Assembly (NCBI GenBank): GCA_050950825.1
Contig: JBMNIH010000003.1
Coordinates: 192,001-256,000, forward strand
Reading direction: 5' to 3'
Source: Clostridia bacterium
Lineage (GTDB): Bacteria > Bacillota > Clostridia > JAAYHZ01
Length of the DNA stretch: 64,000 bases
The notes beneath the pieces are model-generated. The model worked only from the letters and a program-made list of their open reading frames with translations, did no database searches and was not told the origin of the DNA. Made by a program: the position numbers and the translations under genes. Shown here piece by piece: positions 18,732-29,462 of this stretch. Every line of letters begins with the position of its first letter. The stretch's first letter is position 1.

Positions 18732-20558
18732 GAGAAAAAGAAGCTTTGGATCTATTTGACGGTAATAGCGTTGTTGCTCGGCATGGCGGCATGCTCCAAA
18801 CAGGAAAGCCCGCCTGCGGAAACAACGCCGGCTGCAACGACCACAACAGCCGCTAAAGTAACCACAACGGCGGCAAAACAGGAGACGACAACAAAGGCTC
18901 CGGAGGAAACCACCATAGAAAATCCCTTTGCAGAATTTATGGAAATAAGTTGGTTGTGCGGTACTTACACATCTCATCTTTACGAAGAAGGCCGTTGGGA
19001 TGAATTGGAGCTGGAAGAAATGTTCAATGTGGATTTAAAACTGTGGAATATACTCATCCACTCCGGCCAAATGGAACAAGTCGAAATGATGCTTGCGGCG
19101 GGTGACGTCCCGGATTTCGGATTCTACTACAAAGACGGATTATATATGTACGATAACAAGCTGTCTCGTACCGTTCCGGAAAAGTTCATTCGTCAATACA
19201 TGCCCAGCCTTGCGAAATTATACGATGAAAACCCGCTGATATGGGAATTCAACAAGGTCGAAGGGCGTGAAGGGGAATACTACGGATTGAACATGGTTTT
19301 GGATACCTACATACGTTCGGACAACGTGCCCCTTTGGAATCTGGATTGGCTGGAAAACTTAGGCTATGTATTAGACGAGCTGGAGCCCTGCGTGTATCCC
19401 AATGAAGGCTTCCATGCCAAGTTTAACGGCTCCTTGTATTTTTCCAATACCATATTCACGGTGGACGAGGTAACGGAAATATTCAGAGCCTTTACGGAAG
19501 ACGACCCGGACGGCAACGGCGTTGACGACACCGCCGCATACCCCGAATCCAACACCTGGTATGAACGCACCATATACGGCATGTTCGGTATCGACAAGAA
19601 CAACAACGTCTTCTACTTGGATGAACTCACCGGTAATGTCGTTCCCTACTATGCCCACAGCTATTACCGAGACTATCTGGTGTGGCTGTCGCAGATGCTG
19701 GAAAAGGGTTATGTAAAAACACTTCCCGGGCTGGATGCAGCCGTCGATGAGCTTGCCAGCGCTTTGAGTACCGGAAAGTTCGGGTTCTTCAATATGAGAA
19801 TTTCTCGAATCAATACGAACTACGGGAACGACGTAGGCACATGGCCTCCTTTGACCATTTTAGAGAACATCGACCCGCAGGCGCGTTTCGTCATCACTCC
19901 GTACATGGGCGAAAACGGAGGCTTAATCCCTTACGGTTATACGCCTGCACAATCCAACCGAGCATTCATCTTCGGAGCCGACGTATCCGACAAAAAAATG
20001 GCTCGCATTCTCCAGCTTTATGAATACTCGTGTTTCGGTGAAGATTGGATGAGATATCGTTTCGGTATCGAAGGGGTTCATTACAAATGGAGCGGCGAAC
20101 CCTATAAGAGCGCTATGATCTTTACGCCTTTGGATAAGATTCCGAAAAAATATGCCGGATCCGTCGATATGGGACAATTCGGCAATACCAACTTCCACAT
20201 CGCAACAGGTGCCGTTATGAACTACGAACCTACCTTCCTCCAGTGGATGGAATACTATCATTCCCGATACACCTACGACGAAATCTTGCTAAGACCGTAT
20301 AAGCTGTACGACTACTCCACCATGCCGATTGAAGTTTACGAAGAGTTCCAAAAGCTGTACCAAGAAACCGGCTCTCAAATTTTTGCCGTAAGAAACGATT
20401 TCACCAATCGAGTCATGAAGGGCGGAGTAGCCAATATCAATGCCGAATGGAGCCAATACCTTGAACAGCTGTATTCGGCAGGTCTTGAAGATTGGATCGA
20501 AATATGGAACAGCGACAGAATCATCACCTATTCCGATCTGGTCAACCCCAAAAGTTAA
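18732..20558 (+). CDS. Carbohydrate ABC substrate-binding lipoprotein (start codon apparently altered)
   Basis: KKKLWIYLTVIALLLGMAAC signal, T/A-rich linker, MLAAGDVPD, DPDGNGVDDT, FGIEGVHY. Confidence 0.8.
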   Translation, partial: EKKKLWIYLTVIALLLGMAACSKQESPPAETTPAATTTTAAKVTTTAAKQETTTKAPEETTIENPFAEFMEISWLCGTYTSHLYEEGRWDELELEEMFNVDLKLWNILIHSGQMEQVEMMLAAGDVPDFGFYYKDGLYMYDNKLSRTVPEKFIRQYMPSLAKLYDENPLIWEFNKVEGREGEYYGLNMVLDTYIRSDNVPLWNLDWLENLGYVLDELEPCVYPNEGFHAKFNGSLYFSNTIFTVDEVTEIFRAFTEDDPDGNGVDDTAAYPESNTWYERTIYGMFGIDKNNNVFYLDELTGNVVPYYAHSYYRDYLVWLSQMLEKGYVKTLPGLDAAVDELASALSTGKFGFFNMRISRINTNYGNDVGTWPPLTILENIDPQARFVITPYMGENGGLIPYGYTPAQSNRAFIFGADVSDKKMARILQLYEYSCFGEDWMRYRFGIEGVHYKWSGEPYKSAMIFTPLDKIPKKYAGSVDMGQFGNTNFHIATGAVMNYEPTFLQWMEYYHSRYTYDEILLRPYKLYDYSTMPIEVYEEFQKLYQETGSQIFAVRNDFTNRVMKGGVANINAEWSQYLEQLYSAGLEDWIEIWNSDRIITYSDLVNPKS

Positions 20559-20576
20559 AAGAACAAAAGGAATTAC

Positions 20577-20605
20577 AGGGGCTGTTTTGAAAACAGCCTC
20601 TTTTT
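20577..20605 (+). terminator. Intrinsic terminator after the SBP gene
   Basis: GGCTGTTTT-G-AAAACAGCC plus T-run. Confidence 0.75.
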
Positions 20606-20727
20606 ATTATCCATGATTTTGTTGCCCTGCTTTTGGTTTCCATGATATTATGAATACGGGTGGAAAGTCATGAGCAAAAGAATCATAGTATGAATGCTTA
20701 GTTAAAATTGACGAAACGAATTTCAGC

Positions 20728-21519
20728 GTGTTATTGGACGACAATTACTGCGGTCATGCAACCGTGTCGCCCATCCACGATCATCCGGTTTTTGAAGCTC
20801 ATTTTATTCTAAACGGACAATATGTTCTTCAAGCCAACGATCAAAAAATCATCCTTGGCAGCAACACGGGCTGCATAATAAAGCCCAATGTCTTTCACAG
20901 TATACTTCCCATGGATCCCGTCACGATCAAATTTTGTTTCAAGTTTTTTATCGTAAACCCTTCTCCTCTTTTGTCACATATCATGAAGTCTCGTAAGTGG
21001 GAGAAAGGTATTTTCATCTATGACCAAACAACCAAGGAAATCGAGTATCTGAATGAAATTCTTATGGAGTTTGAGCACCGGGATATAGGTTACAAGACAT
21101 CAATCGAGAATCTATTTTCTCAATTGCTTTTGACTATAACGCGAAAAATAATGGATACGCAGCGAACGAAGGAAGACCAAGAGCTAACGGCATACGAGGT
21201 GCTCGTAAACGAGATCGACGAGTTTTTGTACAAAAATTACATGAAAGATATCTCCCTTGCCGATATGGCACGTCATATGGATATCAGCGAAAGGCAAGTA
21301 AACAGGCTCATGCTCAAGGTATACGGGTCATCCTTTAAGCGGAAGGTTATACAAATCAGGCTCACCGCCGCAAAGAACATGCTTTTGCAAAACAGCGATA
21401 TGACGGTAGCGCAAATCGCCGAAGCCGTAGGGTATAACGATCCCTATTACTTTTCCCGAGTATTTAAAAACTCCACCGGCAAATCCCCGGAGGAGTTTCG
21501 TCGTAAAGCGGATTCTTAA
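20728..21519 (+). CDS. AraC-family regulator with cupin sensor domain
   Basis: HDHPVFEAH cupin; IAEAVGYNDPYYFSRVFK...SPEEFR. Confidence 0.9.
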   Translation: MLLDDNYCGHATVSPIHDHPVFEAHFILNGQYVLQANDQKIILGSNTGCIIKPNVFHSILPMDPVTIKFCFKFFIVNPSPLLSHIMKSRKWEKGIFIYDQTTKEIEYLNEILMEFEHRDIGYKTSIENLFSQLLLTITRKIMDTQRTKEDQELTAYEVLVNEIDEFLYKNYMKDISLADMARHMDISERQVNRLMLKVYGSSFKRKVIQIRLTAAKNMLLQNSDMTVAQIAEAVGYNDPYYFSRVFKNSTGKSPEEFRRKADS

Positions 21520-21526
21520 AGTTACA

Positions 21527-23482
21527 TTATCCCAATCGTATCTCCAAAGGCTTGTAATTTTTCTGAACGATTCTTCTCGCTTCCTCAACCGGCATATGCT
21601 TGTAGAAGAAATAGCCTTGGTAGAAAGAGCAACCGAGCTCTTTTAAAAGCTCGAACTGTTCCTCCGTTTCCACTCCTTCGCAAAGAACTCGAATGTTTAG
21701 ATTGTGAGCAAGTCGGATAATGCTTTGCAGGAGTGCAACTCCCGACGGGTCGGTGGCTCCGGAGATAATCACCCGGCTGATTTTCATAACATCCACGGGA
21801 TAATCCCGAAAGTCCGAAAAAGAGGTATAACCGCTTCCCACATCATCCAAGGCGATTCCGAAGCCTAAAGACTTGCAGAAGGATATATTTTCATAAGCCG
21901 TCTTTTTATCTTTTTCCAATGAGTTCTCGGTAATTTCCAATATAAAGTTCTTGGGGTCAAAGTCATACCGCTCAACAATCTCTTTAATTCTTGACATGAA
22001 ATTGGGATTGTCGATGGTGGTCCGGTCAAAGTTACTGGACAAAACGATATCGATTCCTTTCTCCTTCCATTCCGCCAGCTGCTTACACGTCTTTTCGAAC
22101 ATGTACAAATCCAACTCGAAAACGGTGCCTTCATGCTCCATGATTTCAATATATTTTGTAGGCATCAAAAGACCCTTTAAGGGATGCTCCCAGCGGGACA
22201 AAACCTCTCCTCCTACAATGTTTCGGCTCCGGTCCACAATAAACTGAACGTACATTTTGAACTGGTTTTTCGTAAGGGCGTCGATGGAATCTTTCTTAAG
22301 CCGGTTGTCTTCCGTTATCATGTCCAGCAATTCCGTATCGGAAATCATATAGGGAACGTTTTTTTCCACCGCCTGCAAATACCCGTGCTGCGCATTGGCA
22401 ATTACCGTCGAGACATCCCGATCCGTATTTTTTATTCTATAAATGCCGCTGTAGAACCGAGGTCGAAAATCCTTTCCGAACTTTTCTCCGTATCGGTTCA
22501 ATTCGTAAAGGATCTCGGATATCCAACCGTCGATTTCTTCCTCTTCGCAAATATGAGCCACCGCAAAGCTGCCGCCTCCGATTCGGGCTACAATATCGCT
22601 TGCCGATGACATCTCCGTGAGCTTCTTTGCGGCGAATATAAGGATGTTTTCCGATTCGTCATAGCCGTAATACCGGTTTACTCGAACAATGTCAAAACCG
22701 ATATAGGCAATGGCATAAGAATACCCGGCCGAATCTTTTAGAATAGGGCGTAGAACCTGATGAAAGTATTCTTTTTTTTCGATACCGGTTACCGAGTCAA
22801 TGGTTTTGCCTTCATAAAGCCTTTTATGCTTATCATGCAGGGTGAGAGATAATATAACGAGGGAGGATAATAAAAGTATGCCTATCGTGAAAGCTATACC
22901 GTGCAAAACTACCGGAAAATTGGTTCTCCCGTTATATGCCACGTAGGATAAAGCGGTGCGGAGAATCTCTTCATCCGATATATCGGACAGCGCTTTTTCA
23001 AAGGCATCGATAAACTCCTGTCCTGCAGCCTTTGAATAACCGAAACAGATTTCACGGATTTCACCGTCGATTTCCATCTCGAAAATCACTTCGCTTAACT
23101 TGATTCCGGCTTGCTTTATATCCTCTTGGTCCTTTAAAAGCCCCGAAACAAGTATCGCTTGGCCGCTTGAAGCCACATCGAATCTTTGATCCTCTTCTCC
23201 GGCGGCTATGTAAACAAAGTCAAGCCCTGTTTTCTCGGATATCCTCTTCAGTATTTCCGGCATAACTCCTTTGTATTGAACATCGCAATAATCATAGTAT
23301 TCAACGGGATAAAAATCGGGGTTTCCTACTACATATATAGCGTTTGAATCGGTTGTCGTAGATTTGACGGTATCTACTGCGGCAAAAAGATATACGCCGC
23401 AAAACAGGAAAAGAATAACCGCAAGCGGCATTCCGATCCATTTTATAATGCGCTTATGAGGCTTGTAATTCTTTTTTTGCAT
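21527..23482 (-). CDS. Membrane sensor with extracellular SBP-like domain, degenerate GGDEF and EAL phosphodiesterase
   Basis: Two TM segments; ARIGGGSF; EVLSRW, ILEITE, DDVGSGY, EGVET, QGY. Confidence 0.88.
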   Translation of the reverse strand: MQKKNYKPHKRIIKWIGMPLAVILFLFCGVYLFAAVDTVKSTTTDSNAIYVVGNPDFYPVEYYDYCDVQYKGVMPEILKRISEKTGLDFVYIAAGEEDQRFDVASSGQAILVSGLLKDQEDIKQAGIKLSEVIFEMEIDGEIREICFGYSKAAGQEFIDAFEKALSDISDEEILRTALSYVAYNGRTNFPVVLHGIAFTIGILLLSSLVILSLTLHDKHKRLYEGKTIDSVTGIEKKEYFHQVLRPILKDSAGYSYAIAYIGFDIVRVNRYYGYDESENILIFAAKKLTEMSSASDIVARIGGGSFAVAHICEEEEIDGWISEILYELNRYGEKFGKDFRPRFYSGIYRIKNTDRDVSTVIANAQHGYLQAVEKNVPYMISDTELLDMITEDNRLKKDSIDALTKNQFKMYVQFIVDRSRNIVGGEVLSRWEHPLKGLLMPTKYIEIMEHEGTVFELDLYMFEKTCKQLAEWKEKGIDIVLSSNFDRTTIDNPNFMSRIKEIVERYDFDPKNFILEITENSLEKDKKTAYENISFCKSLGFGIALDDVGSGYTSFSDFRDYPVDVMKISRVIISGATDPSGVALLQSIIRLAHNLNIRVLCEGVETEEQFELLKELGCSFYQGYFFYKHMPVEEARRIVQKNYKPLEIRLG

Positions 23483-24007
23483 ACCGATATCCTTCCATTA
23501 ATCGTTGTTCGTCTTAAATTTTCTAACGCCGCTCCGTCGGAGCCTCCATATATCGATAAAAGCCGTCCCTTATTGCCAATGGCGTCGGCAAACTTTAGAA
23601 AAGTCAACCCAAAGAAACATGAAAAACGCCGTTATTACAGTATTCGAAAAAGATATCTATAATTTACGGTTTTATTTCTTAAGAAATATTTTTATATTTC
23701 TTATGTATATTATATCAATAATTAGTACCAAACCGGTCGAAAATTTTCAAAAATCTCCATGTATAAGTACAAAAATTTTTATAGCATTTTCCCTTGCTAC
23801 CTCGTTTTCTCACTCGAGTAATAAAAAAGCTGTTTGAAATAAAACTTTCTATTCAGCTTTCGACTCTATGTTCCGGCTTTTTTCCCTTATGTTACCATAT
23901 TTATGACATGAATTCAATATGCTCCTTCGATTTTAGTCTATTTTTTGTTAAACTTCACCGAAAAAACCGGGATCTTGCTTGATCCCGGTTATAACTTCCT
24001 TAATTTT

Positions 24008-24889
24008 CTAATCGGTAATTTTTAATTTAAATAATTCTACTGCATTTTTCCACTTAATTTTTTCTACGGCGTCTTTCGATATCTTTTTCTCTTCTTCTAT
24101 CCGGCGAATGAAGTCAACATTCGGATAGACTTTTTTAACGTCACTTCTTAAGCACGAATCGGTTCCGAACATCAATTTATCCTGAAATTCGTCAAGAAAT
24201 TCAATGCCAAAGGAAGGGTCTCGGGTCAGAGCGTTGTAACCGCTTCCTGCGGAAAGATCCGCCCACAAATTGGGGTATTCCCGCATCAGACGCGACACGG
24301 CACCTCCGGGTTGTATAGATCCCTTCGGATATCCGGAACGCATATTTTCCGGAACATGAGCGGATATTTCCGCCCAAAAGGTAGGACCATGACCTACAAA
24401 GACGGTATCGGGACAAAGCTTCAATGCCCGTTCCAATTTAGGTAGCCCGTAATCGTCACGAAGGCCGTATCCCTCCGGACGGTCCTGCATATCGAATATT
24501 ATGGGTAAACCGTACTTGCCCACTTGACGATACAGGTTGATGCACAAAGGATCGTCGAAATCCGCTTTCGGCAAAAATTCTCCGAAACCGATGCATCCCC
24601 GTGCCGTATACTCATCCAACAGATAGGAAAAGTCCATATTTTTATGGTTTCCGAAACGATGATCAATCAAGCAAAACGGAATCAAGCGATCGGGATACTT
24701 GGAACATGCGGCGATTACATCATCGGTGTCGCATTCCATGTACGCTCCTTCGGGATGTTCGCTTAAAGGTAAAACAAAGGTGATGTCGATTCCCCAAACA
24801 TCCATTTTAGCGATCAGGTTGTCGGCATCGATAAACTCTCTTCGATCCGGCACAACCCGTCCGATATGTCCATGGACATCAATTAACAT
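24008..24889 (-). CDS. Amidohydrolase family 2 protein
   Basis: IDVHGH, LWADLSA, MFGTD. Confidence 0.85.
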   Translation of the reverse strand: MLIDVHGHIGRVVPDRREFIDADNLIAKMDVWGIDITFVLPLSEHPEGAYMECDTDDVIAACSKYPDRLIPFCLIDHRFGNHKNMDFSYLLDEYTARGCIGFGEFLPKADFDDPLCINLYRQVGKYGLPIIFDMQDRPEGYGLRDDYGLPKLERALKLCPDTVFVGHGPTFWAEISAHVPENMRSGYPKGSIQPGGAVSRLMREYPNLWADLSAGSGYNALTRDPSFGIEFLDEFQDKLMFGTDSCLRSDVKKVYPNVDFIRRIEEEKKISKDAVEKIKWKNAVELFKLKITD

Positions 24890-25210
24890 GATTCAATACC
24901 TCCTTACATTTTGGCGAATAGAGGTTCAACCTCTTTCAGTCAGCGGAAAGAATCTTACTATGTCCATTCTATAATAGCAGAAAAAATTAAATACAACCGA
25001 AATATTTGGCTATGGATTCGATATATTCTTCGTAAGATCTTTTAACGGCGGAAACGGACTCCCATACGATTTTCATCATCATTTTTCTTGTTTCAGCGGA
25101 GGACTCATGATTTTTCTCTCCATTTCCATCTCTTATATAAAGATTACAGCACATCAAGAAGCAAAATACGGTATTTCATTATTTCCGAAAGCACGATGAT
25201 CATAGCCATA

Positions 25211-25792
25211 TCAGAAAACATAATAGACGATAAAACCTGCCGCACCGCCTAACAAAAGAGTGAGAATCGGATTTATTTTATACCTCAGCTGAACGATAAG
25301 GGCAAGAACCATAATAACCACCGCTCCGATGCTGACGGCATGGACCGGTTCTTTGAATAACCCGGAAAACACCGCAACGGTTTTTTCCGTAAACAAAGCG
25401 GTTTTCGCAATTACAAAGGAAGCGGCAATCACCATCCCGGTTATAACCGGCCGAATTCCGTAAAAAGCCATGATTTTGTCCGGGTGGCTTTTGTATTTGA
25501 TAAAAAGCCGAGATACAAGGAAAATAATCAGCATGGAGGGAAGGGCGACGCCTAGAGTTGCGACAATGCCTCCTAAAAATCCTCCGGTGTTGTATCCCAC
25601 AAAAGTAGCCGCGTTCACGGCGATAGGTCCGGGCGTCATTTCGGCGATCACAATAATACGGGACAGCTGCTCCGCCGTCAACCATCCGTACTCCGACACC
25701 GTTTTTTGCAGCATGGGAATCATGGCGTATCCGCCGCCAAAGCTGAACAAACCGATTAAAGCGAATTCCCAAAACAATTTTAAATAGATCAT
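25211..25792 (-). CDS. Short-chain chromate transporter subunit
   Basis: IGLFSFGGGYA, MTPGPIAVNAATFVG. Confidence 0.88.
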   Translation of the reverse strand: MIYLKLFWEFALIGLFSFGGGYAMIPMLQKTVSEYGWLTAEQLSRIIVIAEMTPGPIAVNAATFVGYNTGGFLGGIVATLGVALPSMLIIFLVSRLFIKYKSHPDKIMAFYGIRPVITGMVIAASFVIAKTALFTEKTVAVFSGLFKEPVHAVSIGAVVIMVLALIVQLRYKINPILTLLLGGAAGFIVYYVF

Positions 25793-26382
25793 TGGTCCCG
25801 CTCCTTTCCCAGCACTTTTTTCGCTTTGTCAGGAAACAAGCGGCGAATGACAATACCGACCAATGCTCCGGAGAAAATCAACAAAGGAGCGTTCACATGA
25901 AAGACCGTAAGGAGCAAGACGGTGGCAACGGCAATCAGCAAGCCCACCGTATCGTTGATCGTTCTTTTCCACATCCGAACGGCCGCCGTGACAATAAGCG
26001 CCACGATCACCGGCTGTATCCCTTTAAATACGGCATCAATAAGGGGATTGATTTCGACATTTGTAAACAAGGACGCAATCAGCGTTATGATGATCACCGA
26101 AGGCAAAACAATTCCTGCGGTTGCAAAAATAGCCCCGATTCTTCCTGCAAGCTTGTATCCGATAAAGGTGGATGCGTTAATGGCTATGGCACCGGGTATC
26201 GTTTGGGATGCGGCAAATATATCGATAATTTCATCTTTTTTAACCCACCCTTTTTTATCGATCACTTCCTTCTCAATCAAAGGGATCATGGCAAAGCCTC
26301 CACCGAAAGTAAAGGAGCCGATCTTAAAAAAGGTACGGAACAATTCAAACAAAAACGAAAAGCTTTTTCTCTCTTTCAACAA
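25789..26382 (-). CDS. Short-chain chromate transporter subunit
   Basis: IGSFTFGGGFA, QTIPGAIAIN; 4-bp overlap with its partner. Confidence 0.88.
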   Translation of the reverse strand: MLKERKSFSFLFELFRTFFKIGSFTFGGGFAMIPLIEKEVIDKKGWVKKDEIIDIFAASQTIPGAIAINASTFIGYKLAGRIGAIFATAGIVLPSVIIITLIASLFTNVEINPLIDAVFKGIQPVIVALIVTAAVRMWKRTINDTVGLLIAVATVLLLTVFHVNAPLLIFSGALVGIVIRRLFPDKAKKVLGKERDQ

Positions 26383-26614
26383 TCAAACCTCCCGATAGTT
26401 ATATCCCAAACGACTAATTTTCGTTTCGAACAAAAGTCGTCCATTTACAGGGTATAAAATAATCAATCCCTACTTCATTATATGATCTTTTAACCATTTT
26501 GGCAATAAGTAAAGAAAAGCTTAACCGGAATTTTACGTAAAAAAAGACGGAAAACCTCAATTATCTTTCCGTCTTAACCCTGATATATAAATGTAATAAG
26601 AATGTGAGGTCGAA

Positions 26615-27577
26615 TCAATATCCTTCGTTGAAGTCTACAACGTTGTTCATCGGTTCCTTCGCCAAGTATTTTTCCAAATTCGTCATGAAGATTTCAAAGT
26701 TGCGATTAATGCTTGTAGGCGAAAGGCCGGAGGAATGGCACGTAATGATTACGTTGGGCATTGACCAAAGGGGATTGTCTTTAGGCAGAGGTTCGGGAAC
26801 CGTTACGTCCAGTCCTGCACCGGCGATCCTTTCTTCTCTTAACGCTTCGATCAGTGCATCTTGGTCAATAGCGGATCCTCTTCCTAAGTTCACCACAAAA
26901 GCCGTCTTCTTCAGCTTGGCAATCCGTTCTTTGGATAAAAATCCTCTTGTTTTCGGGGTATCGGGAAGGGCGATCACAACGACGTCCGCCCGCTCCAATA
27001 AAGGATCCGGATTGCTTTCCGTATACAGCTCGTCCACATAATCCGGCTTTTCCGACAAGGTGCGCTTTACGGCGATAACGTATGCGCCTAGAGCCTTGCA
27101 GCGTTTGGCCGTTTCTCTTCCGATATCGCCTAAGCCGATGATTCCTACCGTGGAGCCGAAAAAGTCTCTTACCGGAAGAACCTTTTCCCAATGAGCCCTT
27201 TCACCGTTTCTCACATACGTATGAATGGCTCTGTTAAAAGCGAAAATAAGAGCGATGGCATGCTCCGCCATGGGTTTTCCGAAGGTTCCGCCGGACGTGG
27301 TTAACACCACCTCCTTCTCCCCGTAAACCTCTTTTCGGTTGTAATGGTCCGCTCCGGCGCTGGGAAGATGAAGCCACTTTAAATGCCTTGCATCCTTTAG
27401 CCATTCGATTTTCGGCCAGCCGAATATGATTTCGGCGGATTCCACATGCTCTTTTGTAACCTCTTGGCTCGGTATGGCCGACAAGTCGTATTCTTTCGCC
27501 AAATTTTTCGCCCTATCCAAATCTTCCTTGGAAAACATAAAAGGCGGTGTCAGCATAATCAACATATTCTTCTTCAT
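26615..27577 (-). CDS. D-2-hydroxyacid dehydrogenase
   Basis: GLGDIG, VNLGRG, LDVTVPEPL, ITCH. Confidence 0.9.
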   Translation of the reverse strand: MKKNMLIMLTPPFMFSKEDLDRAKNLAKEYDLSAIPSQEVTKEHVESAEIIFGWPKIEWLKDARHLKWLHLPSAGADHYNRKEVYGEKEVVLTTSGGTFGKPMAEHAIALIFAFNRAIHTYVRNGERAHWEKVLPVRDFFGSTVGIIGLGDIGRETAKRCKALGAYVIAVKRTLSEKPDYVDELYTESNPDPLLERADVVVIALPDTPKTRGFLSKERIAKLKKTAFVVNLGRGSAIDQDALIEALREERIAGAGLDVTVPEPLPKDNPLWSMPNVIITCHSSGLSPTSINRNFEIFMTNLEKYLAKEPMNNVVDFNEGY

Positions 27578-27581
27578 AGTA

Positions 27582-28379
27582 TCAACCCTTTACTCCCTCG
27601 GTTTCCAAATCATCCAATCGCTTGACCAAACGGCAATAGCGATCCAATTCTTCCTTGTCCGTAATCTTTCTTCCGGATGCATAAAACTCCACGAAGCCGG
27701 ATCCTTCCGGAATATTTCCTCTTTGCTCCAATATACGCTTTAAGTTTTTTACGGTACCCCTATTGCCGTCTATAAGCAGGATTCCTTCAGGCAGCAATCG
27801 ACGAAACAAACCGTAAAAATACGGGTAATGGGTGCAGCCCAGTACGACGGCTCCGTAGGATTCCATCGGCACACGGGACAAAACGTTTTTCAGGTATTCT
27901 TCCGCCTCGGAAGAGTCAAACCGGCCCTGCTCTGCAAAATATACGAGCTTCGGCAGGGGAATATAGTCTACGATATGGCGCGGGTCCACTTTTTTTATCA
28001 GGTTTTGGAACTTCTCTTCTTTTAAAGACAATTCCGTAGCAAAAACCAATACCCTTTTGTCGGAATTCCCTACGAATTCCACGGCAGGCTTTACCGCCGG
28101 TTCCATTCCGATAACGGGAAAGTCGTATTTTTTCCTCAAATCCTCAATGGCGGCGCTTGTCGCGGTATTGCAGGCAACCACCAAAGCTTTAATACCCTTT
28201 TGAACCATAAAATCCACTGCGGAAAAAACGTAATCTTTGACTTCCTCTTTACTTTTCTCACCGTAAGGAACATGGGCGGAATCTGCATAGTACAGGTAGT
28301 CTTCATCGGGAATCATCTTTAAGGCTTTATGCAAAACCGTTATCCCTCCGATGCCTGAATCAAAAAAACCTATTTGCAA
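27582..28379 (-). CDS. murI: Glutamate racemase
   Basis: FDSGIGG, VACNTA, LGCTHY; GGAGG before TTG at 28379. Confidence 0.93.
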   Translation of the reverse strand: MQIGFFDSGIGGITVLHKALKMIPDEDYLYYADSAHVPYGEKSKEEVKDYVFSAVDFMVQKGIKALVVACNTATSAAIEDLRKKYDFPVIGMEPAVKPAVEFVGNSDKRVLVFATELSLKEEKFQNLIKKVDPRHIVDYIPLPKLVYFAEQGRFDSSEAEEYLKNVLSRVPMESYGAVVLGCTHYPYFYGLFRRLLPEGILLIDGNRGTVKNLKRILEQRGNIPEGSGFVEFYASGRKITDKEELDRYCRLVKRLDDLETEGVKG

Positions 28380-28548
28380 AGCATCGCCTCCAAATGATCG
28401 CTCGTTATAAGCATGAATCTTACCCCATTTTACAATTATCGTTAAGGTTTGTAAAGAAGAAGGCAAAAAGCTTGTCTTGCAGCTTTTCGGCCGTCCGTAT
28501 ATAATGATTCAGTATGATTGACTATGCAAACAAAGGAACGTAAATCAA

Positions 28549-29462
28549 ATGGGAAATATTAATTGGCAGTTTCTATTATCCATGCTTATCATCGCCTTAG
28601 GCTACGTTACCAAAAGGATCGGTTTGGTTACGGAAAAAGACGGAGAGGGCATCGCCAAAGTGATTTTCAACTTCTCTTTACCGGCCTTGGTCATAAACAC
28701 CTTCAGCACCATGAAGGTGGAAACCTCCCTTGTATGGCTTCCCGTCATAAATATCATGTACGGATCTCTTATCGCTTTTCTCGGTTTTCTTTTGATTAAG
28801 GATACGGATAGGAAAAAAAAGAGGGATGCTGATCTATTTGCTTCCCGGCTTTAACATCGGCCTTTTCGCTTATCCGCTTGTAGAAGCCATTTGGGGACAA
28901 GAAGGGTTGAAGCACTTCGGCATGTTCGATATGGGAAATGCCATCGTTCTATTCGGCCTGTGCTATATCTTGGCAGGCCACTTTTCGTCGGAAGAAGAAA
29001 AAGCGGATTTTAAATCCATTGCCAAAAAATTGATCAAATCCGTTCCTTTGGTTTCTTATGTCCTTACGTTGACCTTAATTTGGCCGGACTTCGTTTCCCG
29101 AAAATCTTTGTGGACATATGCGGAATACTGGCGAGAGCCAACATGCCTTTGTCCTTGCTTTTGCTGGGCATATATCTTAGCTTCTCCTTCGATAAAGCTA
29201 TTGGAAAAGCATGGGAAAGGTTTTGGCCATCCGTTACGTTACGGGAGCCGTTATCGGCACCCTTTTGTACTTGATCCTGCCTTTCGCCCCCCTGTTTAAA
29301 ACCACGATTTTAATCGGAATGATTCTTCCTATCGGAATGGCGGTGATCCCCTATTCCATTCAATTCGATTACGACCGCCGCTTTGTAGGCACAACCACCA
29401 ATTTAACGGTGATCATCAGCTTCGTATTGATGTGGCTCATTGTTTCATTGAGCCCGGTATAA
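28549..29462 (+). pseudogene. AEC (auxin efflux carrier) family transporter, frameshifted
   Basis: One hydrophobic protein split over several frames (FNFSLPAL / GFNIGLFAYP / ANMPLSLLLLG); first shift lies in the A-run near 28813. Confidence 0.75.

Noticed and set aside
18810-18915. Low-complexity ACA/ACG-rich stretch
   Set aside because: Encodes the Thr/Ala/Pro linker of the lipoprotein; not a DNA repeat element
23580-23620. GGCAAAC...GAAA resembling a c-di-GMP-I riboswitch upstream of the EAL gene
   Set aside because: Wrong strand for that gene, and no GACGCAAAGC junction or second stem
24985-25127. Short minus-strand ORFs (MEMERKIM..., MMMKIVWES...)
   Set aside because: No recognisable motif; probably a remnant or chance
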